Below, one piece after another: positions 28,947 through 39,608 of a stretch of DNA of 64,000 nucleotides. Every line of letters starts with the position of its first letter. Within the stretch, counting starts at the first letter, position 1. Origin of the DNA: an uncultured Faecalibacterium sp. (GTDB lineage: Bacteria; Bacillota; Clostridia; Oscillospirales; Ruminococcaceae); NCBI GenBank assembly GCA_934548045.1, contig CAKTEM010000007.1:57105-121104 (forward strand), in the 5' to 3' direction. The position numbers were made by a program, and so were the translations under genes. Below the pieces are notes generated by a model, which was not told where the DNA came from, searched no databases, and saw nothing but the letters and a program-made list of their open reading frames with translations.

Positions 28947-29359
28947 AAGGTTATTCTCCTTTTTATTTAGTAGACTTGCCCTTGACTTCTTTTTGGAGCA
29001 CCTTTATCATAGCAAAAAATTCCGACAGGAATTCAAAAAAGATTGAACACTATAAAGTTGTTGCTGACGCAGATTTGAACAATGATGTGGCGCGAAAACC
29101 AGCGTTGACTTCGGAAAAAAGAAAAATACCCTGCTTTTCGAGCGTAGAAGTTCTAACCACGTTCTAAAAACAGGGAGAATTATTTTGAAATGCAAGATAA
29201 CAAAATAGGCAGCTAAGGCATAAACAAAAAGCCCCTTGGGAATCTGCCGCAAAATGAGAATGTCACTGACAAGTTCATTCGCGGCCCCCTAAGGAGCATT
29301 TTGGATGTTATATACTTTTAGAAATTGCTCAAATGATCGTCTTGACCGATGTTTCTTCC

Positions 29360-30367
29360 TCATTCATAATCAATCGGCAAAGTCGGCAGGCCATTGAGGT
29401 CGAGGCCGGCGGTATGACCGGCGATGTATTGATAATAGCCCTGAGCGGCGATCATGGCACCATTATCCCCACAGAACTTGAGTTCGGGCAGGTAGACTTT
29501 CGCGCCGAGCTTCTGGGCTCCGTCGTTGACGAGCTGGCGCAGGCGGCCGTTCGCAGCGACACCGCCGGCCAGACAGACCTGTTTTGCGCCGGTGTCGGCT
29601 GCAGCCAGCAGAAGCTTTTCGGCGAGGATGCCTGCGATGCGCTCCTGAAAGCTTGCGGCGAGGTCAGGCACATTGACCTCGGTGCCCTTCATCTGTGCCT
29701 GATTGACTTCGTTCAGGACGGCGGTTTTGAGGCCGGAGAAGCTGACGTTATACTTACCCTCGACGTGCGGCACCGGCAGGCGGTAGGCCTTCGGGTTGCC
29801 GGTCTTGGCGGCGTTGGCGACGCTCGGGCCGCCGGGATAGGGCAGGCCCAGCGTCCGCGCCACCTTGTCGAACGCCTCACCTGCGGCGTCATCGACGGTG
29901 TGGCCGAGGATATGATAGTGGGTGTAGTCCAGCACCTCAACGATGTGGCTGTGTCCGCCCGACGCCACAAGGCAGAGGAAGGGCGGTTTCAGCTCCGGGT
30001 GGGTCAGGTAGAGGGCGGCGATGTGGCCGCGCAGGTGATGCACCGGGACCAGCGGCTTGTTTGCGGAGTAGGCCAGCCCCTTGGCGAAATTGACGCCCAC
30101 CAGCACCGCACCAATCAGGCCGGGCGCAAAGGTGACGGCGACAGCATCCACGTCGTCGATGGTCTTGCCTGCGTCCAGCAGAGCCTTTTTGACGGTGGCA
30201 CTGATGAACTCGCAGTGACGGCGGCTTGCGATTTCGGGAACGACACCGCCGTAAAGTGCCTGTTCCTTCACGCTGGTCGAGATGACGTTGCTCAGCAGCT
30301 TTCTGCCATCCTCGACCAGTGCTGCGGCGGTCTCGTCGCAGGTGGATTCGATACCTAAGATGATCAT
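29360..30367 (-). CDS. tsaD: tRNA N6-adenosine threonylcarbamoyltransferase
   Basis: Kae1/TsaD family (ILGIESTCDET, HHLRGH, VAASGGHS, CGDNGAMIA). Confidence 0.9.
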   Translation of the reverse strand: MIILGIESTCDETAAALVEDGRKLLSNVISTSVKEQALYGGVVPEIASRRHCEFISATVKKALLDAGKTIDDVDAVAVTFAPGLIGAVLVGVNFAKGLAYSANKPLVPVHHLRGHIAALYLTHPELKPPFLCLVASGGHSHIVEVLDYTHYHILGHTVDDAAGEAFDKVARTLGLPYPGGPSVANAAKTGNPKAYRLPVPHVEGKYNVSFSGLKTAVLNEVNQAQMKGTEVNVPDLAASFQERIAGILAEKLLLAAADTGAKQVCLAGGVAANGRLRQLVNDGAQKLGAKVYLPELKFCGDNGAMIAAQGYYQYIAGHTAGLDLNGLPTLPIDYE

Positions 30368-30371
30368 ATTT

Positions 30372-32939
30372 TTAATGGGCCTCCAGCCAGTTTTTGCCCT
30401 CGTGGACTTCGGTACTCAGCGGAACCGCGTACTGCACGCAGCCTTCCATCTCTTCGCGCAGGATGGTTGCGGCCTTTTCCGCTTCGGCCTCGGGTGCTTC
30501 AACAATGAGTTCGTCGTGGACGGTCAGGATGAGGCGGCTCTCCATCTTTTCATCTCGGAGACGACGCCAGACACGGACCATCGCCAGCTTGATGACGTCG
30601 GCGGCGGTTCCCTGAATGGGCGTGTTGCGCGCCATCCGTTCGCCGCTGGCCCGGATGTTCCGGTTGGAACTTGCCAGCTCCGGCAGGGAGCGGCGGCGTC
30701 CGAACAGGGTGGAAACATAGCCGCAGGTCTTTGCATCGGCGATGGTCTTGTCCATGTAGCCGCTGACCTTCGGGAAGGCGGCGAGGTAGTTTTTCAGGAA
30801 CGCATCGGCTTCCTTGACCGACACGCCGATGTCCTTGGACAGGCTGTACGCGCCTTTGCCGTACATGATGCCGAAGTTGATGGCCTTTGCCGAGGAGCGG
30901 AGACGGGGCGTGACCTGTTCCACGGGCAGGTTATAGATTTTTGCGGCGGTGCTGCGGTGGATGTCCTCGCCGCTCTTGAACGCCTGCTGCATGTGTTCGT
31001 CGCCGGTGATGTGGGCGAGGATGCGCAGCTCGATCTGGCTGTAATCGGCGTCCACCAGCACACAGCCGGGCTTTGCGATAAAGTATGCCCGGAGCTGGCT
31101 TCCCAGCTCGGTGCGGATGGGGATGTTCTGCAGGTTGGGGTTATCCGAAGAGAGTCGGCCGGTGCGCGCCTCGGTCTGGTTGAACCGGGTGTGGATGCGT
31201 CCATCCGGCGCGATGACCTTCAGCAGGCCCTCGACGTAGGTCGAGTTCAGCTTCTGGTAAGCACGGTACTGTAAGATGTCCTCCACCAGCGGATAATCGC
31301 GCAGATTTTCCAGCGTCTCGGCGTCGGTCGACCAGCCGCGCTGGGTCTTTTTGCCGTGGGGCAGGCCAAGGGTGTCAAAGAGCATCTCGCCCAACTGTTT
31401 GGGGCTGTTCGGATTGAAGCTGGTGCTTCCGGTCTCCATCTGGATACGGGTCAAAACCTGCTCCAGTTCCGAGCGCATCCGGACGCCGAACTCCTCGATG
31501 CCGTTCTTGTCGACCAGAATACCGGTACGGGTCATATCGGCCAGCACCTGTGCCAGAGGAAACTCGATCTCATTATAAAGAGCATCCTCGTTCCGGGCGG
31601 TGATCTCCCGTTTCATCCGGGCGAACAAGTCCGCCAGATAACCGGCATCCGGCCAATCGGCGGACGAGAACGCGGCCTCGGCACGGTAAGCCGTTGCCAG
31701 TTCACCGACCTGATATTTGGACGCCGAGGCATCCAGCAGGTAAGCGGCCAGCTTGCCATCCCAGACGATGCTGCTGCCCCAGCCGTCTGCGGCCATCGCA
31801 CGGGCGTAAAGGGGCGCGGAGTCGAAGACATCCAGCGTGACATCGGGGTTGTCGAGCAGACGGGTGAAGTCGCCCTCTTCCAGCGGATAGACCGTCTTGT
31901 CCTGCACGGCGTACCACGCTTCCGGCTGGGTGATAATATTTCTCGTTCCCTGCTTGCCCATGACCGCCGGACGCGTTGCCAGCAGGTAGTGGCCGGTGGG
32001 CTTTTCAGGCAGAGCGGCAACGGCGGCTTCTTCCACGGGAGCGGCTTCCGGGTCGGGTGCCGGTGCCACGCCGTCCAGACCAAAGCGAGGAATCAGAGAA
32101 TGAATCTCCAGCTCCTGTAACAGCCGGACAGCGGCGGCCTTGTCGCCCTCGCCGACTTTGTAGGCTCCCTCTTCGGTGTCGATGGGTGCGTCGGTGCGGA
32201 TGGTGCCGAGGACATGGCTCAGCTCCGCGTCCGCCTTGCACTCAATGAGGTGTTCGCGCTGCTTCGGCTTGATGATGGGGTCGTCGATGTTGGCATAGAC
32301 GTTTTCCAGCGTGCCGAACTTCTGGACGAGGTTCAGAGCGGTCTTTTCGCCGATGCCCTTGACGCCCGGGATGTTGTCCGAGGTATCGCCCATCAGGCTC
32401 TTGACCTCGATGAGCTGGTGCGGCTCGATGCCGTACTTCTCGTGGATGGCGTCCACGTCCATCGTCACGGTCTTGCTCCGGCCCATGACGGTCGCCGCCA
32501 GCAGCACGGTGGTGCTCTCGCTGACGAGCTGCAGGCTGTCGCGGTCTCCGGTGGCAAGGAAACAGTCGTCCTTCCGGGCATTGCAGGCCGCGGCCAGCGT
32601 ACCCAGAATGTCGTCTGCCTCCCAACCCTCGGCTGTCACCTGACGGTAGCCGAGGTCGGCCAGAAGTTCTTTCAGCACCGGCATCTGCTGTGCCAGCTCC
32701 TCGGGCATCCCGTGCCGGGTGGCCTTGTAGCCGTCGTACATCTTGTGCCGGAAGGTCGGCGCGCGCAGGTCGAACGCAATGGCGACCTCGTCGGGCTGGG
32801 TGTCTTTCAGCAGGGAGAGCAGGATATTCAAAAAGCCATAGATGGCGTTGGTGTAGCGGCCGTCCTTGGTGGTCAGCAGCTTGATGCCAAAGAACGCTCT
32901 GTTGGCGATGCTGTTGCCGTCGATGACCAGTAAACGCAT
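30372..32939 (-). CDS. polA: DNA polymerase I
   Basis: 5'-3' exonuclease N-terminus (LLVIDGNS), family A polymerase motifs A (DYSQIELR), B (RRSAKAINFGIMYG) and C (VHDE); start MRLLVIDG with RBS ggaggag. Confidence 0.9.
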   Translation of the reverse strand: MRLLVIDGNSIANRAFFGIKLLTTKDGRYTNAIYGFLNILLSLLKDTQPDEVAIAFDLRAPTFRHKMYDGYKATRHGMPEELAQQMPVLKELLADLGYRQVTAEGWEADDILGTLAAACNARKDDCFLATGDRDSLQLVSESTTVLLAATVMGRSKTVTMDVDAIHEKYGIEPHQLIEVKSLMGDTSDNIPGVKGIGEKTALNLVQKFGTLENVYANIDDPIIKPKQREHLIECKADAELSHVLGTIRTDAPIDTEEGAYKVGEGDKAAAVRLLQELEIHSLIPRFGLDGVAPAPDPEAAPVEEAAVAALPEKPTGHYLLATRPAVMGKQGTRNIITQPEAWYAVQDKTVYPLEEGDFTRLLDNPDVTLDVFDSAPLYARAMAADGWGSSIVWDGKLAAYLLDASASKYQVGELATAYRAEAAFSSADWPDAGYLADLFARMKREITARNEDALYNEIEFPLAQVLADMTRTGILVDKNGIEEFGVRMRSELEQVLTRIQMETGSTSFNPNSPKQLGEMLFDTLGLPHGKKTQRGWSTDAETLENLRDYPLVEDILQYRAYQKLNSTYVEGLLKVIAPDGRIHTRFNQTEARTGRLSSDNPNLQNIPIRTELGSQLRAYFIAKPGCVLVDADYSQIELRILAHITGDEHMQQAFKSGEDIHRSTAAKIYNLPVEQVTPRLRSSAKAINFGIMYGKGAYSLSKDIGVSVKEADAFLKNYLAAFPKVSGYMDKTIADAKTCGYVSTLFGRRRSLPELASSNRNIRASGERMARNTPIQGTAADVIKLAMVRVWRRLRDEKMESRLILTVHDELIVEAPEAEAEKAATILREEMEGCVQYAVPLSTEVHEGKNWLEAH

Positions 32940-33032
32940 GGTTGATACTCCTCCGTTCGATAATTTCACATATTAAGTATAGCACAAAAACCGCACAAGC
33001 AAAAGAGCCGCTGCACGCAACGGCTCTTTTCC

Positions 33033-33227
33033 TCACTCAATTATTTCAATCGCGCTTACGGGGCAGGTCTGGGCGGCCTCGACGGCCTGCGGAATGGTAT
33101 CGGGCGGAAGCTCCCCGGGGATGGCGACAGCGAGCGTTCCCTCCATCGTGAACACTTCGGGGCAGATACCGGCGCACTGGGTGCAGCCGATGCAGAGGTC
33201 CGGGTCAACAAAGGCTTTCATAAACAA
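33033..33227 (-). CDS. Small [4Fe-4S] ferredoxin
   Basis: 64 aa, CIGCTQCAGICP cluster motif plus distal CP; RBS aggagg. Confidence 0.75.
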   Translation of the reverse strand: MFMKAFVDPDLCIGCTQCAGICPEVFTMEGTLAVAIPGELPPDTIPQAVEAAQTCPVSAIEIIE

Positions 33228-33342
33228 AATCCTCCTGTCTGAAACAGCGTTGCGGATAGTTTGAGCTGTCGGAGACTGAAATATACCTATGCTTTTGGGC
33301 GCAAGTATGATACAATAAAAAGAGTTTCAGGAGGGTAAAACG

Positions 33343-33684
33343 ATGAACATTCAGATTTTTGGCACAAGCAAGTGTTTCGATACCAAAAAAGCCCAGCGGT
33401 ATTTCAAGGAACGGGGCATCAAGTTCCAGATGATCGACCTCAAGGAAAAAGAGATGAGCCGCGGCGAGTTCGACAACGTCGCCCGTGCGCTGGGCGGCTG
33501 GGAAAATCTGGTGAACCCGGCGGCAAAGGACAAGCAGACGCTGGCTCTGCTGGACGCCCTCATCGACTGGCAGAAAGAGGACAAGCTCTTCGAGAACCAG
33601 CAGCTCTTTAAAACGCCTATCGTCCGGAACGGCCGTCAGGCGACCGTCGGCTATCAGCCCGACATCTGGAAGACCTGGGAATAA
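33343..33684 (+). CDS. ArsC/Spx-family (YffB-like) thioredoxin-fold protein
   Basis: 113 aa, family-typical N-terminus MNIQIFGTSKCFDTKKAQRYF and C-terminal PIVRNG motif; RBS aggaggg. Confidence 0.7.
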   Translation: MNIQIFGTSKCFDTKKAQRYFKERGIKFQMIDLKEKEMSRGEFDNVARALGGWENLVNPAAKDKQTLALLDALIDWQKEDKLFENQQLFKTPIVRNGRQATVGYQPDIWKTWE

Positions 33685-33792
33685 TTTTGGCTTTCACAAA
33701 AAATCCACGGGCGGAATTTTGCGTCCGGAAGCGATTTGTGTTATACTAAGCGTTGGAGCAGTCTGCTCCCATAAAACGAATTCTTGGAGACG

Positions 33793-34728
33793 ATGAATCT
33801 TATGAAAATCTATATGACTCCAGAAGAACATGCCCGGCATCACCGCCGCCGCGCGCGTCAGGCGTTGGGCTTTGTCATCGCGCTGCTTGTTCTCATCGGC
33901 ATGGTAACGGTGGTACACGCAGGCGTCAATATCGTGGCAAACCTCTTCGACGATACCCAGCAGAAGGAAGAATACCAGGACAAGCTGGAAGGCCTTGTCA
34001 TGTTCGACCCGGTGCCGTTCGACGGCATCGAGAACATCGACGACCTGACCCTGCGTGAAGCGGCGGTCTGGGGCTGCGTGTACAGTATTCAGGACACGCA
34101 GGGCGGCTTCGACAACTACAACACCGACCCGGATACCGAACAGCTGCTCCTGCCGTCGGTCGACGTGGATGCCTACCTCGCAAAGCTGGTCGGCCCCAGC
34201 TTCAAGATGACCCACAAGACCTTTGAGATGGAAGACATGACCGTCGAGTTCGACGAAGCGACCCAGTGCTACAAAATCCCCGTCACCGGCACCGTTGGCA
34301 GCTATCGCGCGGTCGTCACCAAGCTGTTCAAGAAGGGCGGCCAGCTCCACGTCACTGTGGGCTATATCCCGACCCAGAGCACCGATGACACCATCCTGTC
34401 CACCACCTCGGACGAGCCGACCAAGTATATGGATTACCTGTTCAGCCGTCAGAGTGGCAGCTGGTACCTCACTGGCCTGACCGACAGCGAAACGAAGCCT
34501 GTCGCTTCGGATTCGACTGCACCGGTCAGTGAGCCGGAACCGCTGGCCGAAAGCGATGTGCAGGACGCGATCCTCGCCACCACCGGCGATTCCGCCGCTG
34601 AGAGCGATGCCGCTTCGGAGGAAGCCGCTTCTCAGGATGCGGAGGCCGCGGACGAGACAGAGAACGGCGAGGCCGACAGCACAGCGGCAGATTCTGCCGC
34701 AGCCTCTTCGGAAAACGCAGCAGCTTAA
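33793..34728 (+). CDS. Hypothetical membrane-anchored protein with acidic low-complexity C-terminus
   Basis: N-terminal basic stretch then TM (ALGFVIALLVLIGMVTVV), central domain, D/E/A/S-rich tail; start ambiguous (33784 TTG, 33793 or 33802 ATG). Confidence 0.5.
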   Translation: MNLMKIYMTPEEHARHHRRRARQALGFVIALLVLIGMVTVVHAGVNIVANLFDDTQQKEEYQDKLEGLVMFDPVPFDGIENIDDLTLREAAVWGCVYSIQDTQGGFDNYNTDPDTEQLLLPSVDVDAYLAKLVGPSFKMTHKTFEMEDMTVEFDEATQCYKIPVTGTVGSYRAVVTKLFKKGGQLHVTVGYIPTQSTDDTILSTTSDEPTKYMDYLFSRQSGSWYLTGLTDSETKPVASDSTAPVSEPEPLAESDVQDAILATTGDSAAESDAASEEAASQDAEAADETENGEADSTAADSAAASSENAAA

Positions 34729-34917
34729 AAGCAAAAACAAAGCAGTTCAAACGGTCTGAGTCCTGTATCGTGCAGGATTCGGGCCGTTTTACTTTTTGTG
34801 CACTGTCTTTATTTTGTGAAAACAAAAGTCACGTCCTTGCTGTTCGGGGGTGGGTGTGCTAAACTGAAAGAAACTGGAAATCTGCGCCCGGAGGCGCAAA
34901 ACTGGGAGGATAGAAGA

Positions 34918-35982
34918 TTGAAACGTTCAACATTTATCCGTGGTACGGCGGCGATGATGCTGGGAGCGGTGCTGTTTGGCGAAACGATACCGCTGGCATC
35001 TGCCGAGACGCCCGAATCATCCGAAGAGCCTGTCGCCGCAGCGACGACCATCGGCGGCGCAAATACCACCCTCATCCCGGCGGAAGAGGAAAACTGTCTG
35101 TCGTGGCTGTTCGGCTTTGGCAAGACCATCACCATGCCCTACCTGAACATCAAGGGGCAGGGCCTGAAAAAGAACGTCACCCTGAACCTTGTCGATTGTC
35201 TGGTCGGCATCACCTATACAGAACTTGGCTCCATCGGCAGCTTTGTCAGCGCGTCGGCGGCACAGCAGGCGTGGAAGGCACAGGCCGTCGCTATTCACTC
35301 TTACTTGGAGTACCATAAACAGTATGGCTCTTCGGCAAATGCGTTGATCTATACCCCGGTCGACCAGATCCCGGACTCGGCCCGTGCGGCCATCAAAAAG
35401 GCTGTGGAGTCGGTCAAAAATGAGATCGTGACCTACAACGGCAGCGTCATCGACGCGGTGTGGTCGGCCAGCGCAGGCTACAATACCCAGACCGGAAAAT
35501 ACGGCAGCTGTGCGAGTCTGGACGCATGGGGAACCGAGGTTCCATATCTGCAGAGCGTCGAAAGCCCCTATGAAGAGCTGTATCATAACAAGATGCGGCG
35601 CATTGTCGGAAAAGACTATACCTATATTGAATACACCGACAGCCGCACCGGACAGCTCTATGAGAGTGCGGACACGACCCACAAAGATTTGGGTGGATTT
35701 GTTCAATACAATACGTTCGTCTCCAACGGCCGGAGCTACCGCTGCATCAGCCAGTTCGTCAGCTCCCGGTACTGCTTCGATTTTGGCACCGACGCCAACG
35801 GTACGCCGGCCATGACCTACTACGGCTTCGGCCACGGCGTCGGGATGAGCCAGTGCGGAGCGGTGGGCTATGCTGCCGAAAAGGGATGGAGCTATAAAAA
35901 GATTCTGAAACACTACTATAAAGGGGTCTCCATCAGCAAGGCAAAGAGCGGCGGACTGTTCGGCTGGCTGTTTGGTGGCTGA
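34918..35982 (+). CDS. SpoIID/LytB-domain protein (amidase-enhancer/lytic transglycosylase-like), secreted
   Basis: SpoIID family signature GHGVGMSQCGA; signal peptide ending ASA; TTG start with RBS gggagga (ORF-track GTG at 34798 lacks an RBS). Confidence 0.65.
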   Translation: MKRSTFIRGTAAMMLGAVLFGETIPLASAETPESSEEPVAAATTIGGANTTLIPAEEENCLSWLFGFGKTITMPYLNIKGQGLKKNVTLNLVDCLVGITYTELGSIGSFVSASAAQQAWKAQAVAIHSYLEYHKQYGSSANALIYTPVDQIPDSARAAIKKAVESVKNEIVTYNGSVIDAVWSASAGYNTQTGKYGSCASLDAWGTEVPYLQSVESPYEELYHNKMRRIVGKDYTYIEYTDSRTGQLYESADTTHKDLGGFVQYNTFVSNGRSYRCISQFVSSRYCFDFGTDANGTPAMTYYGFGHGVGMSQCGAVGYAAEKGWSYKKILKHYYKGVSISKAKSGGLFGWLFGG

Positions 35983-36113
35983 GAAAAATCATACGCTGGA
36001 AAGCGAAAGAAAATCCGGGAAACCGCTTCTCAAATGAGTTCGGATTTGGTATACTATACACGTTTGTAAGAAAGTTGATGGTGGAGTATTGTCCATCGGA
36101 GTGGAGAATCGAA

Positions 36114-38537
36114 ATGCAGTTGGATAAGGAAAAGGAACTCAAGCAGGAGCAGGAACGCTGCCGTGTGCTGGCCCGGCAGGTCGCCCGGGAGCTGGCACCC
36201 AAGACGGTCAGGCTGATGGGAGAAAACAAGCTTCTGGAAGAGGCTCTGAAAGAGGAAAAGTTCGTGTTTGCGGCAGAGAAGGAGACGCCGGAACTTTTCA
36301 TCGTCGTGGAGCCGGAAGCCGCAGAGCTGCCGCTGTTTGAGAACGCAAAGGTGTTGCTGTATGGCACCCACGCGGAGGATGTGGCCTCCTGCGCCAAAAA
36401 GCTGGCGGAACAGGGGATCTATCGCAATTTCCGCTGGAAGTGGCATGACCGCGCGATGGCGAGCGCATTGTTCTGCGCGCAGGCAGAGGCACCCGAGGCG
36501 GTGGAGATGGTGAACGGTTACGAGCAGGAGTGTGCTTACCTGCACGACCAGACCCTTCGTGCGGAACGGGTCAGCACTGAGACGGTGGCGACCATCGAGC
36601 GTCTGCGCAGCGACCTTGCCCTCAGCCGCAATCACGAGCAGCAGCTGGAAACGACCCTGAACAATGTCACCAACTCGACCTTCTGGAAGATGACATGGCC
36701 GATGCGGTACATCGTCAGCAAGAGCCGCCAGATCTGGCACACCTTCCCCTTGTTCGTCTTCTTCAAGACCCTGCACCAGATCGGCATCTCCGGCGTCATG
36801 GAGCAGGCAAAGGCACGCCGGGAGTATGGCAAGCTCTTCCCGGGAAAGGTCATGTCGGCCGACCGGTTCGCAACGCCGGAACTGCTGGTGAAACAGGCTG
36901 GAAACCAGCCCAATGGCCCGAAGATCAGCATCGTGGTGCCGCTTTACAACACGCCGCAGAACTTCCTTGAGGAGCTGCTGGATTCCGTCCAGAACCAGAC
37001 CTACCGCAACTGGGAACTCTGCATGGTGGATGCCGGTCAGGATGAGAACGTTGCGCGCATCGTCAAGGCACGCGCCCGGACGGACAGCCGCATCCGTTAC
37101 CAGAAGCTGGCCGAGAACGAGGGCATCGCTGGCAACACCAACCACGGCTTCGAGATGGTGCAGGGCGATTACATCGCTCTGCTCGACCACGACGACATCC
37201 TGCATCCCTGCGCACTCTGGTATGTGGCACAGGCTGTCGCCGAGCAGGGCGCGGACTTTGTCTACACCGACGAGGTGACCTTTGAGGGCGATATCGACCA
37301 CCTGACGGTCTACCACTTCAAGCCGGACTATATGCTGGACAACCTCCGCTCTAACAACTACATCTGCCACCTGAGCGTCTTCAAGACCAGCCTGCTGGCA
37401 AAGGTCGGCGGCGGTGAGCGTGCCGAGTACAACGGCAGTCAGGATTACGACCTCTACCTCCGCCTGACCGAACAGGCCGAGAAGGTCGTCCACATTCCGC
37501 ACCTGCTCTACTACTGGCGTTCCAGCCCCACCAGCGTGGCAAGCAACATCTCGGCCAAGCTGTACTGTCTGGAAGCGGCGGTCAAGGCCCTGTATGCCCA
37601 CTATGAGCGCGTCGGCGTGCCGGTGGATGCGGTCACCATGATCCCCAACACCCCGGGCTTCTACAAGACCGATTACACCATCACCAAGCCCGGCCGGGTG
37701 AGCATCCTCATCCCGACCTGCGACCACATCGACGACCTTGAGACCTGCATCGAGTCCATCTATGACCGGACGACCTATCCGGATTTTGAGGTCATCCTCA
37801 TCGAGAACAACAGCAAGGATCCCGAGACCTTCCGCACCTATGAGCGGATGCGGAAAGAGCATCCGGACAACCTCAAGGTCATTATCTGGGAGGGCAAGGG
37901 CTTCAATTACAGCGCGCTGAACAACTTCGGCGAGAAGTATGCCACCGGCGAATACATCCTCCTGCTCAACAACGACACCGAGGTCATCACCCCGAAGTGG
38001 CTGGAAGAGATGGTCATGTACGCCCAGCAGGAGCGCGTCGGCTGTGTCGGCGTCAAGCTGCTCTATCCGGATGACACCATCCAGCACGCAGGCATCGGCT
38101 TTGGTTTCCTGACGCTGGCCGGCCACATGCACAAGAACTTCCCGGCAGGCCACCCCGGTTATATGGGCCGTCTGGTCTATGCACAGGACGTCTACGCCGT
38201 CACTGCAGCCTGCCTGATGGTACGCAAGGATGTTTACGAGCAGGTGGGCGGCCTCGACGAGAGCTTTGCCGTCGCCTTCAACGATGTGGATTTCTGTGTC
38301 CGTGTCCGTGAGGCTGGTTACACCAACATCTTCACCCCGTTCGCGCAGCTCTACCACTACGAGAGCAAGAGCCGTGGTCTGGACGAAAGCCCCGAAAAGC
38401 GGAAGCGTTTCGTCTCCGAGGTGGAGCGGTTCCAGAAACGCTGGAAAGCACAGCTGGAAGCAGGCGACCCCTGCATGAACCCGAACTTCGACCTGATGAA
38501 GGAGGACTTTACCTTCGACATCAAGCCGCTGGAATAA
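36114..38537 (+). CDS. Two-domain family-2 glycosyltransferase with N-terminal coiled-coil region (rhamnosyl/glycosyl polymerase-like)
   Basis: Two consecutive GT2 modules (ISIVVPLYNT...DHDD and VSILIPTCDH...NNDT...QHAG) after a roughly 240-aa coiled-coil/helical N-terminus; preferred start MQLDKEK (RBS ggaga), alternative 36075/36078. Confidence 0.7.
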   Translation: MQLDKEKELKQEQERCRVLARQVARELAPKTVRLMGENKLLEEALKEEKFVFAAEKETPELFIVVEPEAAELPLFENAKVLLYGTHAEDVASCAKKLAEQGIYRNFRWKWHDRAMASALFCAQAEAPEAVEMVNGYEQECAYLHDQTLRAERVSTETVATIERLRSDLALSRNHEQQLETTLNNVTNSTFWKMTWPMRYIVSKSRQIWHTFPLFVFFKTLHQIGISGVMEQAKARREYGKLFPGKVMSADRFATPELLVKQAGNQPNGPKISIVVPLYNTPQNFLEELLDSVQNQTYRNWELCMVDAGQDENVARIVKARARTDSRIRYQKLAENEGIAGNTNHGFEMVQGDYIALLDHDDILHPCALWYVAQAVAEQGADFVYTDEVTFEGDIDHLTVYHFKPDYMLDNLRSNNYICHLSVFKTSLLAKVGGGERAEYNGSQDYDLYLRLTEQAEKVVHIPHLLYYWRSSPTSVASNISAKLYCLEAAVKALYAHYERVGVPVDAVTMIPNTPGFYKTDYTITKPGRVSILIPTCDHIDDLETCIESIYDRTTYPDFEVILIENNSKDPETFRTYERMRKEHPDNLKVIIWEGKGFNYSALNNFGEKYATGEYILLLNNDTEVITPKWLEEMVMYAQQERVGCVGVKLLYPDDTIQHAGIGFGFLTLAGHMHKNFPAGHPGYMGRLVYAQDVYAVTAACLMVRKDVYEQVGGLDESFAVAFNDVDFCVRVREAGYTNIFTPFAQLYHYESKSRGLDESPEKRKRFVSEVERFQKRWKAQLEAGDPCMNPNFDLMKEDFTFDIKPLE

Positions 38538-38568
38538 GCGAACTGATTCAACGAAAAGAGGTACACCC

Positions 38569-39360
38569 GTGGAGTTATCCGCATGTATCGTGACTTATAA
38601 CTGCTGCGAGGAGGCCGTCCGCGCGGCGCAGACGATTTTGCAATACACCCGGCGGCATCCGCTGACCCTCTATCTGGTGGACAATGCCAGCCCGGACGGG
38701 AGCGGCGTGCAGCTGAAAAAGGCCGTGGAGAATGGCACGCTGACCTGTGCCGAGAACCAGCAGGTAAAAGTCATCTGCCGGGAGACGAACGGCGGCTTTG
38801 GCACCGGACACAACACCGTCCTGCCGATGCTGACGAGCGATTATCATTTCATCCTGAACCCGGATATCCAGCTGACGGTGGACACCCTCAGTGACCTTGC
38901 CGACTGGATGGCACAGCACCCGGACGTGGTGATGGCCCGGCCAAACCTGAGATTCCCGGATGGACGGGAGCAGCGGCTTCCGCTCCGGCGGTGCAGTCTC
39001 CGCCCGATGGTCTACCGGCAGCTGTCCTTCCTGAAATTCCTCGAGAAGTATAACGAACAGTATCTCATGGCCGACAAAGACCTGTCGCATCCGACCGAGA
39101 TCGAGTTCTGTACCGGCAGCTTCTCGGCGGTGCGGACGAAGGAGTTCAAGGCCGTGGGCGGCTTCGATGAGCATTACTTCATGTACGTCGAGGACGCCGA
39201 CCTGACCCAGAAGATGCGCACCACCGGCAAGGCGTATCTCGTGCCGCAGTTCACCGCCATCCACGCATGGCACCGGGCGGCGCACCGCAGCCTGAGACCG
39301 GCCCTCTGGCAGACCGGCAGCCTGCTCCGCTATTTCGCGAAGTGGGGCTTCAAATTCTGA
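38569..39360 (+). CDS. Family-2 glycosyltransferase (WbbL-like rhamnosyltransferase candidate)
   Basis: GT2 N-terminus LSACIVTYNC, DxD-like YVEDAD; GTG start; adjacent to rml genes. Confidence 0.65.
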   Translation: MELSACIVTYNCCEEAVRAAQTILQYTRRHPLTLYLVDNASPDGSGVQLKKAVENGTLTCAENQQVKVICRETNGGFGTGHNTVLPMLTSDYHFILNPDIQLTVDTLSDLADWMAQHPDVVMARPNLRFPDGREQRLPLRRCSLRPMVYRQLSFLKFLEKYNEQYLMADKDLSHPTEIEFCTGSFSAVRTKEFKAVGGFDEHYFMYVEDADLTQKMRTTGKAYLVPQFTAIHAWHRAAHRSLRPALWQTGSLLRYFAKWGFKF

Positions 39361-39608
39361 TATCCAAACGGCTTTTGCAGAAAATTTTCTGTAAAGGCCG
39401 TTCTTTTCTTGCTTTTTTGTGATTTTGATAGTAAAATAAAGTGTAAAACTATCTCATCATGCCCGGATAAGGACGATCGCGAGACGTTTTCCCTAACTAT
39501 GTTGACAGCGGACGCAGCTCCGCTTTGAATCCATACGAAGTTTGGAAAACTGAACTTCGTAAAGCTGCACAACTTTTTTTTCATAATCAATTAAAGGAGT
39601 GCGCAAAA

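Noticed and set aside
34798-34917. Upstream GTG start (ORF-track) for the SpoIID-like gene
   Set aside because: It has no RBS and the extension is not signal-like. TTG at 34918 has a good gggagga RBS and yields a canonical signal peptide.
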